DNA of 64,000 nt from Armatimonadota bacterium. Its GTDB lineage: Bacteria > Armatimonadota > SYMT01. Below the pieces are notes generated by a model. The model saw nothing but the letters and a program-made list of their open reading frames with translations. It was not told the origin of the DNA and made no database searches. This document shows positions 1-9,322 of this stretch, in pieces. Positions within the stretch are counted from its first letter, which is position 1. The number at the start of each line of letters is the position of its first letter. The stretch covers positions 160,001-224,000 of the forward strand of contig JAWLHY010000005.1 of the NCBI GenBank assembly GCA_041690135.1, in the 5' to 3' direction. Both the position numbers and the translations under genes were made by a program.

Positions 1-289
1 CGCGCGCCAGGTGCTCTCCCACGGCGGGGTCCAACTCGCAAGAGCGGAGGGTCTCCTCCCAAACGCGCGTGCGGAACATCATCTGGGAATCGAACTGGAG
101 GGAGCCGTTCTCCATCCGGGTTTCCAGCAGGCGATAGGCGCGCTGGAACGCCGCTTCCAGCCTCGCAGCCGTCCACGTTGGGTGCAGCTCCGCCGCCCGC
201 CGGCAGGAGAGTCGCAGCGAAGCCTGGTGGGAGAGAAAGGTCTCCAGGAGGGTATCGTCGAGATCGAAGAGGAGGGCGCGGAGGGCCAT
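1..289 (-). CDS. HAD-family hydrolase (partial, runs off the window edge; not in ORF track)
   Basis: Manual translation from ATG 289 gives MALRALLFDLDDTLLETF..., which is HAD motif I (hhhDxDxTL); frame open to base 1. Confidence 0.85.
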   Translation of the reverse strand, partial: MALRALLFDLDDTLLETFLSHQASLRLSCRRAAELHPTWTAARLEAAFQRAYRLLETRMENGSLQFDSQMMFRTRVWEETLRSCELDPAVGEHLAR

Positions 290-303
290 ACTAACACCTA
301 TCT

Positions 304-1431
304 ATGCAGATTACCGAAGTCATCGTCTATCCCCTGGTGCGGGTGAAGCGCCGCTACCCCACCGTCATCTCCATGCAGATCCGGGAGGACGGCATCACCC
401 CGGTTGAGGAGTCGTTCTTTGTGCTGTTCGAGATCGTCACCGATGCGGGCCTCCGTGGCGTGGGTGAGGTGAGCGATATTCCGGACGACCTGCTGCCGGA
501 CCTGGGGCAGTTGCAGGAAGACCTCTCCCGCGCGCTGGTCGGTCGCTCTCCCTGGGAGGTTGGACCGATCCTCGACTCCCTTCAGTTTGAAGCACACGAG
601 AACCGCACATCCGGCACGCGCCTCTACGACTGCGCGGTGGACATGGCACTCCACGACCTCCAGGGGAAGGCGGCGGGCCAACCGATCTATTGCCTGCTGG
701 GAGGCAAGCGGCGTCCGGACATCGACCTTTCCGCCGTTATCTATATCCGCGATCCGGCGCTGGTGGCGGAGGAAGTGCGGGAGCGACGCGCCCAGGGGTT
801 TCGCGACTTCAAGCTCAAGATGGGCCTCGGTTTCGACCACGACGAGGCATCGCTGGCGGCGGTACGGGAAGCGGCGGGTCCCGCCGCCCGCATCAAGGTC
901 GATCCGAACGGTGCCTGGACCGTGGACACGGCCATTCCGTTCTTGAAGCGGATCGAGAAATACGGGGTGGCGGGGGTGGAGACGCCGATCCCGGCCCGCG
1001 ACCTCGAGGGGAAGGTGGCTCTGAAGCGGGAGACCCGGATTCCGATTCTGGAGCACGTAAGCGATCCCGAGTTCGCGCTGGAGTGCGTGCGGCGGGAAGC
1101 CGTGGACGTGTTCAATCTTTCCCTCTGCGGGTGCGGGGGGATTTACCGTGCCCGGAAGGTCGCAGCAATTGCCGATGCGGCCGGCGTGGGTTGCCTCCTG
1201 GGCAGCACGCTGGAGCTGTGGCCGGGGACCGTGGCACAGGCCCATTTTGGGCAGGCCTGTGCCAATCTCACTTACCCCAGCGACCTCGTCGGTCCGCTGA
1301 TGTACCAGAGCGACGTGGTGAAGCCCGGTTGGGGATATCATGACGGCGCGCTCTCCTGTGGCGAGGCTCCGGGCCTGGGTGTGGAGCTGGACTATGGACT
1401 CCTTGCGGGGGGCCAGGGGCCTGGGTTCTGA
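304..1431 (+). CDS. Enolase-superfamily enzyme (mandelate racemase/muconate cycloisomerase-like)
   Basis: DMALHDLxGK capping motif, FKLKMG (KxK), VDPNG and ETP metal ligands. Confidence 0.85.
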   Translation: MQITEVIVYPLVRVKRRYPTVISMQIREDGITPVEESFFVLFEIVTDAGLRGVGEVSDIPDDLLPDLGQLQEDLSRALVGRSPWEVGPILDSLQFEAHENRTSGTRLYDCAVDMALHDLQGKAAGQPIYCLLGGKRRPDIDLSAVIYIRDPALVAEEVRERRAQGFRDFKLKMGLGFDHDEASLAAVREAAGPAARIKVDPNGAWTVDTAIPFLKRIEKYGVAGVETPIPARDLEGKVALKRETRIPILEHVSDPEFALECVRREAVDVFNLSLCGCGGIYRARKVAAIADAAGVGCLLGSTLELWPGTVAQAHFGQACANLTYPSDLVGPLMYQSDVVKPGWGYHDGALSCGEAPGLGVELDYGLLAGGQGPGF

Positions 1432-1566
1432 AGCCTTCGGCCGATGAGGTTGAGGACTAGGATGAGGATCGGCCTTCGGCCTGTGGAAGGCCGGGGCCAG
1501 TGGGCAGAAGGCAGAAGGCAGGGGGTTATGGGCGGTAGGTAGTTCGACTCTTGTCCTACCTCGGAT

Positions 1567-1672
1567 GCCTGGAGGCCGAACGCTTGAAAGTTTACCCCCC
1601 ACAAGGGAGCCCGAACGCCGAACGCCTGAAGGCCGAACGCCGGAAGCCTGAGTACCTGAATACCTGAATACT
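1567..1672. repeat. Short tandem repeats (GCCGAAC heptamers and CCTGAAnn octamers) abutting the pyrE start
   Basis: ccgaacgccgaacgcctgaaggccgaacgcc...cctgagtacctgaatacctgaatactATG. Confidence 0.8.
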
Positions 1673-2266
1673 ATGGATAAAGATCGACTTGCTTTGGAAT
1701 TGCACCGGATCGGCTGCATCCGCTTCGGTGAGTTCATCCTGAAATCGGGGATGAAGTCTCCCATCTACGTAGACCTTCGAGGTCTCGTTTCGCATCCCTC
1801 CGTGCTCCGCCTGGCCGGGGAGGCCTTTGTGGAGGTACTGGGCGGCCTGGAATATGACCGGATTGCGGGTCTTCCCTATGCCGGCCTGCCACTCGCGGTG
1901 GCGGCGTCGCTGGTCGGGGACATTCCGATGGTGTACCCCCGCAAGGAGGCCAAGGAATACGGCACTCGCAAGCGCGTGGAAGGCAACTTCGAGCCCGGAC
2001 AGCGGGTGGTGGCCCTGGACGACGTGATCACCGACGGCGGCGCCAAGCTGGAGCTGGCCGAACCCCTGGAAGCCGAGGGGCTGGTGGTGCGCGACTTTAT
2101 CGTGCTGGTAGACCGCGAGCAGAGCGGGTCGGCGGCGCTGGCGGCGAAAGGCTACCAGCTCCACGCGGTGTTCACCCTGCGGGAGTTGTTGGCCGCGTTG
2201 AAAAACCACGGCGCCATCGACCAGGCCCGCTACGATGAAGTCTCCGCCTACCTGGGTGGTGGTTAG
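1673..2266 (+). CDS. pyrE: Orotate phosphoribosyltransferase
   Basis: [31 protein letters not shown]-binding motif [11 protein letters not shown]. Confidence 0.93.
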   Translation: MDKDRLALELHRIGCIRFGEFILKSGMKSPIYVDLRGLVSHPSVLRLAGEAFVEVLGGLEYDRIAGLPYAGLPLAVAASLVGDIPMVYPRKEAKEYGTRKRVEGNFEPGQRVVALDDVITDGGAKLELAEPLEAEGLVVRDFIVLVDREQSGSAALAAKGYQLHAVFTLRELLAALKNHGAIDQARYDEVSAYLGGG

Positions 2267-2277
2267 GCTTGTAGTAG

Positions 2278-2363
2278 GCCTCGGATTGAAACCCATACGG
2301 GCAAGCTCGCGCGGCTGACTGACCGAAGTCCGCACCCCCTCGGGGCGTAAACCCGCGCGGACT
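2278..2363. repeat. Dispersed REP-like element (related copies at 50181-50249 and 58251-58308)
   Basis: Shared blocks CGGATTGAAA, TGACCGAAGT, CACCCCCnCGGGGCGTAAAC and CGCGGACT. Confidence 0.65.
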
Positions 2364-2540
2364 CCCCTGCCCCCAGAGGGCGCGACTGTCTGGCGGGGTC
2401 CTCTGGAATGCCGGCTTTGTCCCTCAAATGGTGTGGCAAGTCGCTTTTGTTGCACTTAGTTGCACCTTTTTGCATAACTGGGGCCTGTTTCACTGCGTAG
2501 CGGAGAAGCTCTGCCGCCCCTTCCATCACCCGCTTGGTGG

Positions 2541-2567
2541 GTCCCCGACGCATGCGTCGGGGACTAC
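2541..2567. repeat. GTAG-type REP: perfect 24-bp palindrome
   Basis: GTCCCCGACGCA/TGCGTCGGGGAC followed by TAC, which reads GTAG plus palindrome on the minus strand. Confidence 0.65.
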
Positions 2568-2929
2568 CTCTCGTGGCGCATTTGCCTTGCGGGTTCGCAT
2601 TCCATCGGCACTGACGGGATGGGCACCTCGGGACCGGAATTCTCCCATGGAGGAGATAGTCCGGAGATAGCGGGTTTAGCCAGCTCGAGACCGGTGCTTG
2701 GTCATTTTTGGCCCAAAGGCTTCTGGCACACCTGGTACTCCGTCTCCTACAGCAGTGGCGTACGCCTGATTGCATGCACCGCGGTCACTGCACGATGGAG
2801 TGGGGGCGCGCATCTGCGCAGTGGCGTATCGGCGTTGCCGGCCCACCTAGATCGGTCCCGGCGCGAGTTGAATGTAACCATTGCGTTCGCGCCTCCGACG
2901 GTTGCCCTAAACATCGCAGCAAAAAAGCC

Positions 2930-3808
2930 ATGCTGACTTCGACCCAACCACTGGTGTCTATCGTCGTTCCATGCTTTCGCGGTGAAGCATTTCTCGGCGA
3001 TGCGCTTGACAGTTGCCTCGCCCAGACCTATGGGAACTTCGAGGTGATCGTCGTTGACGATGCCAGCCCGGACCGCTGTGCGGAGATCGCCGAGACCTAT
3101 TCCGCAAGGGATGCACGAATCACGGTCCTCCGGCACCCACAGAACGGCGGTGTCTCGCGCGCCTTCAACACGGGCTTCCGGCAGGCGCGGGGTCCCTTGC
3201 TCGGCCGGTTGGCTCAAGACGACGTCTTCCTGCCGACGGCTCTCGAAGTGATGGTCCGTACGATGGAAGATAATCCTCAAGCGGGTCTCGTCTATTGCGA
3301 CATGACTCTTACCGACGAGCATCTCAATCCGGTGGAAGAGTGGGTGACCCCGGCGCCGCAAGAGACTTTGACCGAACACAATTACCTGGGGTTGTGTGTA
3401 CTGTGGCGCCGCGAGATGTGGGACCGGTGCGGGGAGTTCGACCCGGAATTTGATGCCGCCGAAGACTTTGAGTACTGGCTGCGGGCCATTCAGCACTTCG
3501 CGTTTGTCCGGTGCGATACGGGCTCACAGTTCTTGATGCGCCGGCATTCTGAAGCCGGATCCTTCACATTGTTTGCGAAGCAGACCGTTGCCATGGCAGA
3601 AGCACGCTGCCGCCACGCGCTTCCCCGGCGAGAGTGGTCCGAGACACTCTCCCGCGCCTATTTCGATGCGGCCTGGATCCACCGCATCCATGGGAGAAAG
3701 CGTGATGCGCTGTACTGCGCCTGGAAGGCCCTGCGTTATACGCCGGGGCGTTTACGGTGCTGGCGAGCAGTGCTAGCGAATACCTTGCGCGCCGGTGTTA
3801 CCCCGTAA
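2930..3808 (+). CDS. Glycosyltransferase family 2
   Basis: PLVSIVVPC, VVDDASPD, AAEDFEYW; likely ATG at 2930. Confidence 0.9.
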   Translation: MLTSTQPLVSIVVPCFRGEAFLGDALDSCLAQTYGNFEVIVVDDASPDRCAEIAETYSARDARITVLRHPQNGGVSRAFNTGFRQARGPLLGRLAQDDVFLPTALEVMVRTMEDNPQAGLVYCDMTLTDEHLNPVEEWVTPAPQETLTEHNYLGLCVLWRREMWDRCGEFDPEFDAAEDFEYWLRAIQHFAFVRCDTGSQFLMRRHSEAGSFTLFAKQTVAMAEARCRHALPRREWSETLSRAYFDAAWIHRIHGRKRDALYCAWKALRYTPGRLRCWRAVLANTLRAGVTP

Positions 3809-3904
3809 TCAGGCTATCCGGATCGTGAGTGGTTGCGGGGTAAGGAGAAGTCCGAACTCAATGGCAACATACGATTGATCATTCCCAGCGAGGAGTTGCC
3901 TTCC

Positions 3905-4660
3905 ATGTCTCTGCCTGGCCTAGCTCAAAGCCCCAAGATGCGTATGGGCCTGAAAAGACGTCTCGCTCCAGTGCTCTGTCCCCTCTTGGGAGGCAACCTT
4001 CCGGCACTGGCTCGTTACTTCTGGACGGACAAACAAGGTCCGCATGAGTTCGGCCACCACCGGTACACGGAACAGTACCCTCTGCACTTTGCCGCCCGCC
4101 GGATGCGCCGATTGCGAATTCTCGAGATCGGGGTTGGCGGTTACGACGACCCTACGGACGGTGGCGCGAGCTTGCGGATGTGGAAGTACTATTTCCCAAG
4201 GTCGGAGATCGTGGGTCTCGACATCGAGGATAAACGCCACTTCGCGGAGCGCCGAGTCCGGGTTTACCAGGGGGACCAGACGGACCCGGAAATCCTGACT
4301 CGGATCGTCTCCGATCTTGGCGGGATCGATATCGTGATCGATGACGGAAGTCACGTCAGCGAGCACATCATCCGTACTTTCGGCATCCTCTTCCCGCTAC
4401 TGGCACCCGACGGCCTCTATTGCATCGAAGACCTGTTGACCGCCTATCTGCCGGAGTACGGCGGCGGTCCGGAAGCGGCGGATACCAGCGTGCGCTTCAT
4501 TCACCGGCTGAGCGAAGGCCTGCAGTACGCGGACTTCAAGGCGCCCGACGAGATAAGTTACACGGATCGCCACATCGAGGCTGTCCACCTCTACCACAAC
4601 CTGGCGATCATTCAAAAGGGGCTGAATACAGACGGGGGCGTTACAGTTCCCGCGGACTGA
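3905..4660 (+). CDS. SAM-dependent sugar O-methyltransferase (MycE/TylE-like)
   Basis: TDK...HHRYTEQY, LEIGVGGY..GGASLRMWKYYFP, IDDGSH, YCIEDL motifs; start uncertain. Confidence 0.8.
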   Translation: MSLPGLAQSPKMRMGLKRRLAPVLCPLLGGNLPALARYFWTDKQGPHEFGHHRYTEQYPLHFAARRMRRLRILEIGVGGYDDPTDGGASLRMWKYYFPRSEIVGLDIEDKRHFAERRVRVYQGDQTDPEILTRIVSDLGGIDIVIDDGSHVSEHIIRTFGILFPLLAPDGLYCIEDLLTAYLPEYGGGPEAADTSVRFIHRLSEGLQYADFKAPDEISYTDRHIEAVHLYHNLAIIQKGLNTDGGVTVPAD

Positions 4661-4792
4661 GCATGCCCACTCCCGCCAGCAGACGTAGTCCGATACCCAT
4701 CAAATCTATTGGGTTCATTGCCTGGCGGGTTCGCATTCCCCTGGCGCGGGTAAAGAGGCCGCCCTGCCCAGCAGAAGGCATGCCCGCCGTGA

Positions 4793-4838
4793 GGCATGCC
4801 TTATCGACCCCACTGCCTGGCTGTCGATAAGGCATGCC
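4793..4838. terminator. 16-bp inverted repeat between convergent genes
   Basis: GGCATGCCTTATCGAC ... GTCGATAAGGCATGCC. Confidence 0.6.
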
Positions 4839-4869
4839 CAGCCGCACCCGAGTGAGCGCGAGGGTTCGG

Positions 4870-5457
4870 TTAGCCGATGAGTGTGCCGCGGTCGCGGATG
4901 CGCTCCAGGGCATCGCGGTCGAGGACCTTGCACCGGCGGTAGCGGGTCTGGATCCAGTCTTCGTCGCGCCAACTCGAGAGGATCGTAGCCACCGTTTCGC
5001 GGCGGGCGGCGGCGACGATGGCGATGATGTCCTGCCGGCAGCCGACGACCGGCTGGCCCGTCAACTCGGTGACATCCAACAGCAGTGCCGCCAGACGCTG
5101 CGGGAGCGACATGTTGCCCAGGCGGTCTGCTCCTTCCACGACGGCGCGGGCACTGACCGCCAGTTCCGCAGGGGAGAGCGCACGGGAGGAGGGGTCGATC
5201 TCCACCGCCACGGTTTCCGTGACGGCCATCAGATCGGAGGCAGGCGTGCCTCCGTCGGCCACGCCGGGCACGGGCAGGGCTACCTGGCCCGGTCCCAACA
5301 AGCCAACGGACACCTGTCCCCGGCGGTAGGCAACCACGCCCTGCTTGATGAGCAGGGGGCGGGCCTCGGGACTTCCCTCGTTCCAGAGCAACTCTCCGGG
5401 AGCGCAGGTGATCTCGGAGGGCGACGACGCGGTTTGTGTGGTGTTTTCAGGGTTCAT
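4870..5457 (-). CDS. Crp/Fnr-family transcriptional regulator
   Basis: QRLAALLL helix, HTH QDIIA...RRETV, wing KVLDRDALER; cNMP domain degenerate. Confidence 0.8.
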   Translation of the reverse strand: MNPENTTQTASSPSEITCAPGELLWNEGSPEARPLLIKQGVVAYRRGQVSVGLLGPGQVALPVPGVADGGTPASDLMAVTETVAVEIDPSSRALSPAELAVSARAVVEGADRLGNMSLPQRLAALLLDVTELTGQPVVGCRQDIIAIVAAARRETVATILSSWRDEDWIQTRYRRCKVLDRDALERIRDRGTLIG

Positions 5458-5766
5458 TGTTTGTTCGGTCGCCCGGCCGGAAAACGTGCCGGCCGGCTAT
5501 TCCTCCCTTTAGTCTAGCTCGGTCGGTAGCGGGTTGGGTCACAATTCCTCCCTGCGGGAGGGGTCGCGTCCATGACTTTGGCGCGGAAGGCGCGCGCGCG
5601 GGTTCCGACCCCAGGGAAATGGGTTCCCTACCGCCGTGAACGGGCCACCAACCGGATGTCGTACGGACAGGGGTGGCGGGCTGCACATGGAATGTGGTGG
5701 TGGTACCTACACACCGGACAGGCCGGGACCGGATTACAGTCGCCGGCTGGGGGCAAGGGGGTTTAC

Positions 5767-8037
5767 ATGGACTTCTGGCGCGCGGTAGAGATCCTCAACA
5801 AGCGCAAATGGCTGATCTTGCTGAGCACGGTGCTGGCGACCCTGCTCACTTTTGGGGCGACCCGGTTGGTCGGCTCGCGCTGGCAGGCTACCGTGCGATT
5901 CGTAACGCCTCCCTCCTCCGCGGCCATGAGCAGCACCGAGGATATCATTGGGATCCGTAAGGAAACGCCCGGTCGCGGCAACCTGGAAGAGCAGGCCGAG
6001 ATGTACGAGGAGATCGTGCGCAGCCGCGATGTGCTCGAACCCGCCCTCCGCAAGAGCCGCGTCACCCAGCTCCCCCCCAACTTCCTCGAGGACATCAAAT
6101 TCGAAGTCAAGGGCCCCCGGTTCTACCAGTTGATCATCCAGGACGCCTCGCCGGCGCGCGCGGAAGTGATCGCCAACGCCCTGGCGGAGAGCTTCGTCGA
6201 TCGCTTCCGAAGCCTGTATACCCAGCAGGCGGAGAAAGTGGTGAAGATGCTGGAGGACCAGCTTCGCGACGCCGACGCACGCCTGGCCGAAATCCGCGGG
6301 CGCTATGACGGTTATCGCAAGACAAAGAATATCGTCACCACCGTCAACGACCAGCTCGGCACGGCGATGTTCCGGTTCCAGTCGGCCCGGCAGAAGCGGG
6401 ACGACATTGCCGATCGCCTGGCGGAAGCCCGGGCTCGCCTGGCGGAGCGCGAGGCGGAACTCGCCACGATCCCCGCCACCATCAGCAGCATCCGCCCCGT
6501 GGAACAGAGCCCGCTGGTGATCCAGCTCGAGGGCCAACTCGCCAAGGTAGAGGCGGAGCTCGTGGAGATGCGGAACCGCTACACGGACGAGCACATCGAA
6601 GTCCGGCGCCGCCTGGCCCTGCGGGACTCCCTCGAAGGGCGCCTGAAATCGGAGCGGGAGCGCCAGTCCACTTTTACGGTGACCGAGCCCAACCCGCAGG
6701 TCGGCATCGTGAAGCAGTCGGTCGGCGACCTGAAGCAGGAGATCCGGGGCTTCGGCGCGCAGCTCGCCTCCCTCGATACCACCGTTTCCCAGGCCCGCGG
6801 CGACATCAATAGCCTGATGGGCGTGGACGGACCGCTGAACAGCATCATGGATGAGATGCAGCAGGCCTCGGACAACCGCGCCAACGTGGTGGAGCGGCTG
6901 CACGCCGCCCGCGGGGCGCTGGACGTGGCGGAGCGGCAGAACCCGATCGCGATCATGGACCGGGTCAACGATTTCAACCCGCCGGTGAACACGACCATTG
7001 GCCGAACCCGGAAGCTGATCTTGCTGGCAGCACTCTGCGCCCTCATCGGCACCTCCGGACTGATCCTCGCGTTCGACAGCGTGGACCGCCGCCTCCGCTC
7101 CGTAAAGCAGGCGGAGGGCATTCTCCCGGCGCCGGTGCTGGCGGCTATCCCGCAGCCGATCGGCCGGATGAATGCCCTCACCATGGCGCGTGCCACGGAA
7201 CTTCTACCGCTCTCGGTCCACTCCGAAGCCTATCGCTTCCTCGGTCTCCACCTCTTGAGCACCCGTGGCCCGCGCATCCGCTCCATTATGGTGATCTCCG
7301 CCAAGGCCGAACAGGGCAGCACGCGGACCGCCACCAACCTGGGCATTACGCTGGCGCAGGCGGGACAGCGGGTGATCGTGGTGGACGCCAACGTGCGCAC
7401 CCCCTCCTTGCACGAGGTGTTCGACCTCTCGAACGACGTGGGTTTCACGAACTTGCTGCAGAAGCCGGACGACGCCGCCCTGGAAGAGGCGCTGCGCCCC
7501 ACCTCCCTGCCGAACCTGCGCGTGGTGACCGCCGGGCCGGCCACGGACAATCCGTGGGAGCTGTTCCGGTCGCAAAATCTGGTGGAGCTTTCCCAGCGCC
7601 TGCGGGACCTGGCGGACTACGTGATCTTCGACACCCCCTCCGCGCTGGCGTTTACCGATGCCCTCAACCTGGCGCCCGCCGTGGATGCGGCGTTCCTCTG
7701 CGTGCGCGCCCTGGAGCCGCCGAGCGGCGCGGAACAGCAACTGGTCGACATGCTGAAACAGGCCGACGTGCAGGTGCTCGGCGCGGTGCTCAACGACGTG
7801 CCGGCCACGGTGCTGGAGAGCTTCCAGAATTACCAGAAGTACTACCCGACGACCGCCGACGTGGTGCCGATGATGAGCAGCCGCGCCGGCGAGAGCAGCG
7901 TGGCCACCCGCAAGACCCGCTCCTGGATGCGCCTGCCCAAGGGTTCTTACGGGCCCCAGTCGCATGGCCACGGCCCCAGCGGCAGCGGCCACTCGGGAAG
8001 CAACTATCCCGGCCACGGTCCCAGCGACCGCGTTTAA
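5767..8037 (+). CDS. Wzc/GumC-like polysaccharide co-polymerase with a degenerate BY-kinase domain
   Basis: Two TM segments around a coiled coil, SEAYR, P-loop-like domain, IFDTP, short Tyr cluster YQKYY. Confidence 0.88.
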   Translation: MDFWRAVEILNKRKWLILLSTVLATLLTFGATRLVGSRWQATVRFVTPPSSAAMSSTEDIIGIRKETPGRGNLEEQAEMYEEIVRSRDVLEPALRKSRVTQLPPNFLEDIKFEVKGPRFYQLIIQDASPARAEVIANALAESFVDRFRSLYTQQAEKVVKMLEDQLRDADARLAEIRGRYDGYRKTKNIVTTVNDQLGTAMFRFQSARQKRDDIADRLAEARARLAEREAELATIPATISSIRPVEQSPLVIQLEGQLAKVEAELVEMRNRYTDEHIEVRRRLALRDSLEGRLKSERERQSTFTVTEPNPQVGIVKQSVGDLKQEIRGFGAQLASLDTTVSQARGDINSLMGVDGPLNSIMDEMQQASDNRANVVERLHAARGALDVAERQNPIAIMDRVNDFNPPVNTTIGRTRKLILLAALCALIGTSGLILAFDSVDRRLRSVKQAEGILPAPVLAAIPQPIGRMNALTMARATELLPLSVHSEAYRFLGLHLLSTRGPRIRSIMVISAKAEQGSTRTATNLGITLAQAGQRVIVVDANVRTPSLHEVFDLSNDVGFTNLLQKPDDAALEEALRPTSLPNLRVVTAGPATDNPWELFRSQNLVELSQRLRDLADYVIFDTPSALAFTDALNLAPAVDAAFLCVRALEPPSGAEQQLVDMLKQADVQVLGAVLNDVPATVLESFQNYQKYYPTTADVVPMMSSRAGESSVATRKTRSWMRLPKGSYGPQSHGHGPSGSGHSGSNYPGHGPSDRV

Positions 8038-8142
8038 GGCCCATTCTTTGTTCGTTTGCCCGGTGGGGCTGTTCTGCGCCTCCACCGGTTGCTTTCTCCA
8101 GATAGAGGCACCAGCGTCACCGCCCGGAGAGTAACTCCTCTC

Positions 8143-9312
8143 ATGATGATGCCGTCCCTGAAATATTGCTTTGCGGCCCTGGCACTGGGGGCCGGCGCCT
8201 GGGTGCCGGCGTCGTACCGCACGCTGCTGGTAGTGGGGGTGGCGGGACTCTTGGCGGGCCTGTTCGTCGCCGCCATTGTGCTGGACCGGCAGATGGCGGT
8301 GCGCGATGCGCGGGAGTGGGAGGAAACGGAGACGGAAGCAGGGATCCTGGAGCGGGCGAGCCGCCCACGGCGCGTGTTGATCATCGGTTCCGGCCCGGTG
8401 GCGGCGACGCTGGCCCGCAGCCTGGAGGAAAGGGGCCGGCACCGGATCGTCGGCTATCTGGATGGGGTAGACCGCTGCCCCGCCATGTCACGCTGGCCCC
8501 GGCTGGGGGGAGCGGAAACGACGGCGGAGATCTGCCGCGAGCACGAAATCGACGAGGTGATTGTGGCTCCGACGCCGAGCTGGCAGCAGCAACTGGCGGA
8601 GTCGATCGCAGGGTCAGGTTGCGCGAACGTCCAGGTGGTGCCCGCCCTGCACTCCACCCTACTCGACTTTCCGGCCATTGGCAGTTATGGCGATGTGGCG
8701 GTGGTGCCCCTCCGGGATCCGCGGCGCGGCGTGCACGAGGTGGCCAAGCGTGCTTTCGACGTGACGGTGAGCCTGCTGGGCCTGGCGCTGACCTCCCCTG
8801 CCCTGCTGGCAATCGGGGTCCTGATCCGGATCACCTCTCCCGGCGGCCCGGCCCTCTTCGCGCAGGAGCGGGTGGGCCGGTACGGGAAGCGGTTCGTGCT
8901 CTACAAGTTCCGGACGATGGTCCCCGATGCGGAAGCCCGCACCGGCCCCATCCTTTCCAGCGGCGAGGATGACGACCGGCTGACCCCCCTGGGGCGCTGG
9001 CTGCGCGCGTTCCGCGTGGATGAGCTGCCCCAGCTCTGGAACGTGCTGATCGGGGAGATGAGCATGGTGGGCCCGCGGCCGGAGCGGCCTTGCTTTGTGG
9101 ACGAGTATAACGAGAGTATTCCCGGCTACGCGCAGCGTCACCTGGTGCGGCCGGGGATTACAGGTCTCGCCCAGGTCTGCGGCGGCTATCACACCACCCC
9201 CGCCGACAAGCTACGATTTGATCTCGCCTACGTCGCCCACCGATCCCTGACGTATGACCTGGTGATCCTTTACCGCACGGTGGCCGTCGTGTGCCGCCCC
9301 ACACCGAAGTAG
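8143..9312 (+). CDS. Priming sugar-phosphate transferase (WcaJ/WbaP family)
   Basis: KRAFD, KFRTM, RVDELPQLWNVLIGEMSMVGPRPE, PGITGLAQV. Confidence 0.93.
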   Translation: MMMPSLKYCFAALALGAGAWVPASYRTLLVVGVAGLLAGLFVAAIVLDRQMAVRDAREWEETETEAGILERASRPRRVLIIGSGPVAATLARSLEERGRHRIVGYLDGVDRCPAMSRWPRLGGAETTAEICREHEIDEVIVAPTPSWQQQLAESIAGSGCANVQVVPALHSTLLDFPAIGSYGDVAVVPLRDPRRGVHEVAKRAFDVTVSLLGLALTSPALLAIGVLIRITSPGGPALFAQERVGRYGKRFVLYKFRTMVPDAEARTGPILSSGEDDDRLTPLGRWLRAFRVDELPQLWNVLIGEMSMVGPRPERPCFVDEYNESIPGYAQRHLVRPGITGLAQVCGGYHTTPADKLRFDLAYVAHRSLTYDLVILYRTVAVVCRPTPK

Positions 9313-9322
9313 TAGAGCAGCC

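Noticed and set aside
1530-1562. GTTCGACTC T-loop-like motif suggesting a tRNA
   Set aside because: No cloverleaf, acceptor stem or anticodon arm can be built; it is a simple hairpin
2400-2930. Sigma-54 promoter or small ORFs upstream of the first GT2
   Set aside because: TGGC and TTGC elements lack the correct -24/-12 spacing, and the ORFs have no recognisable motifs
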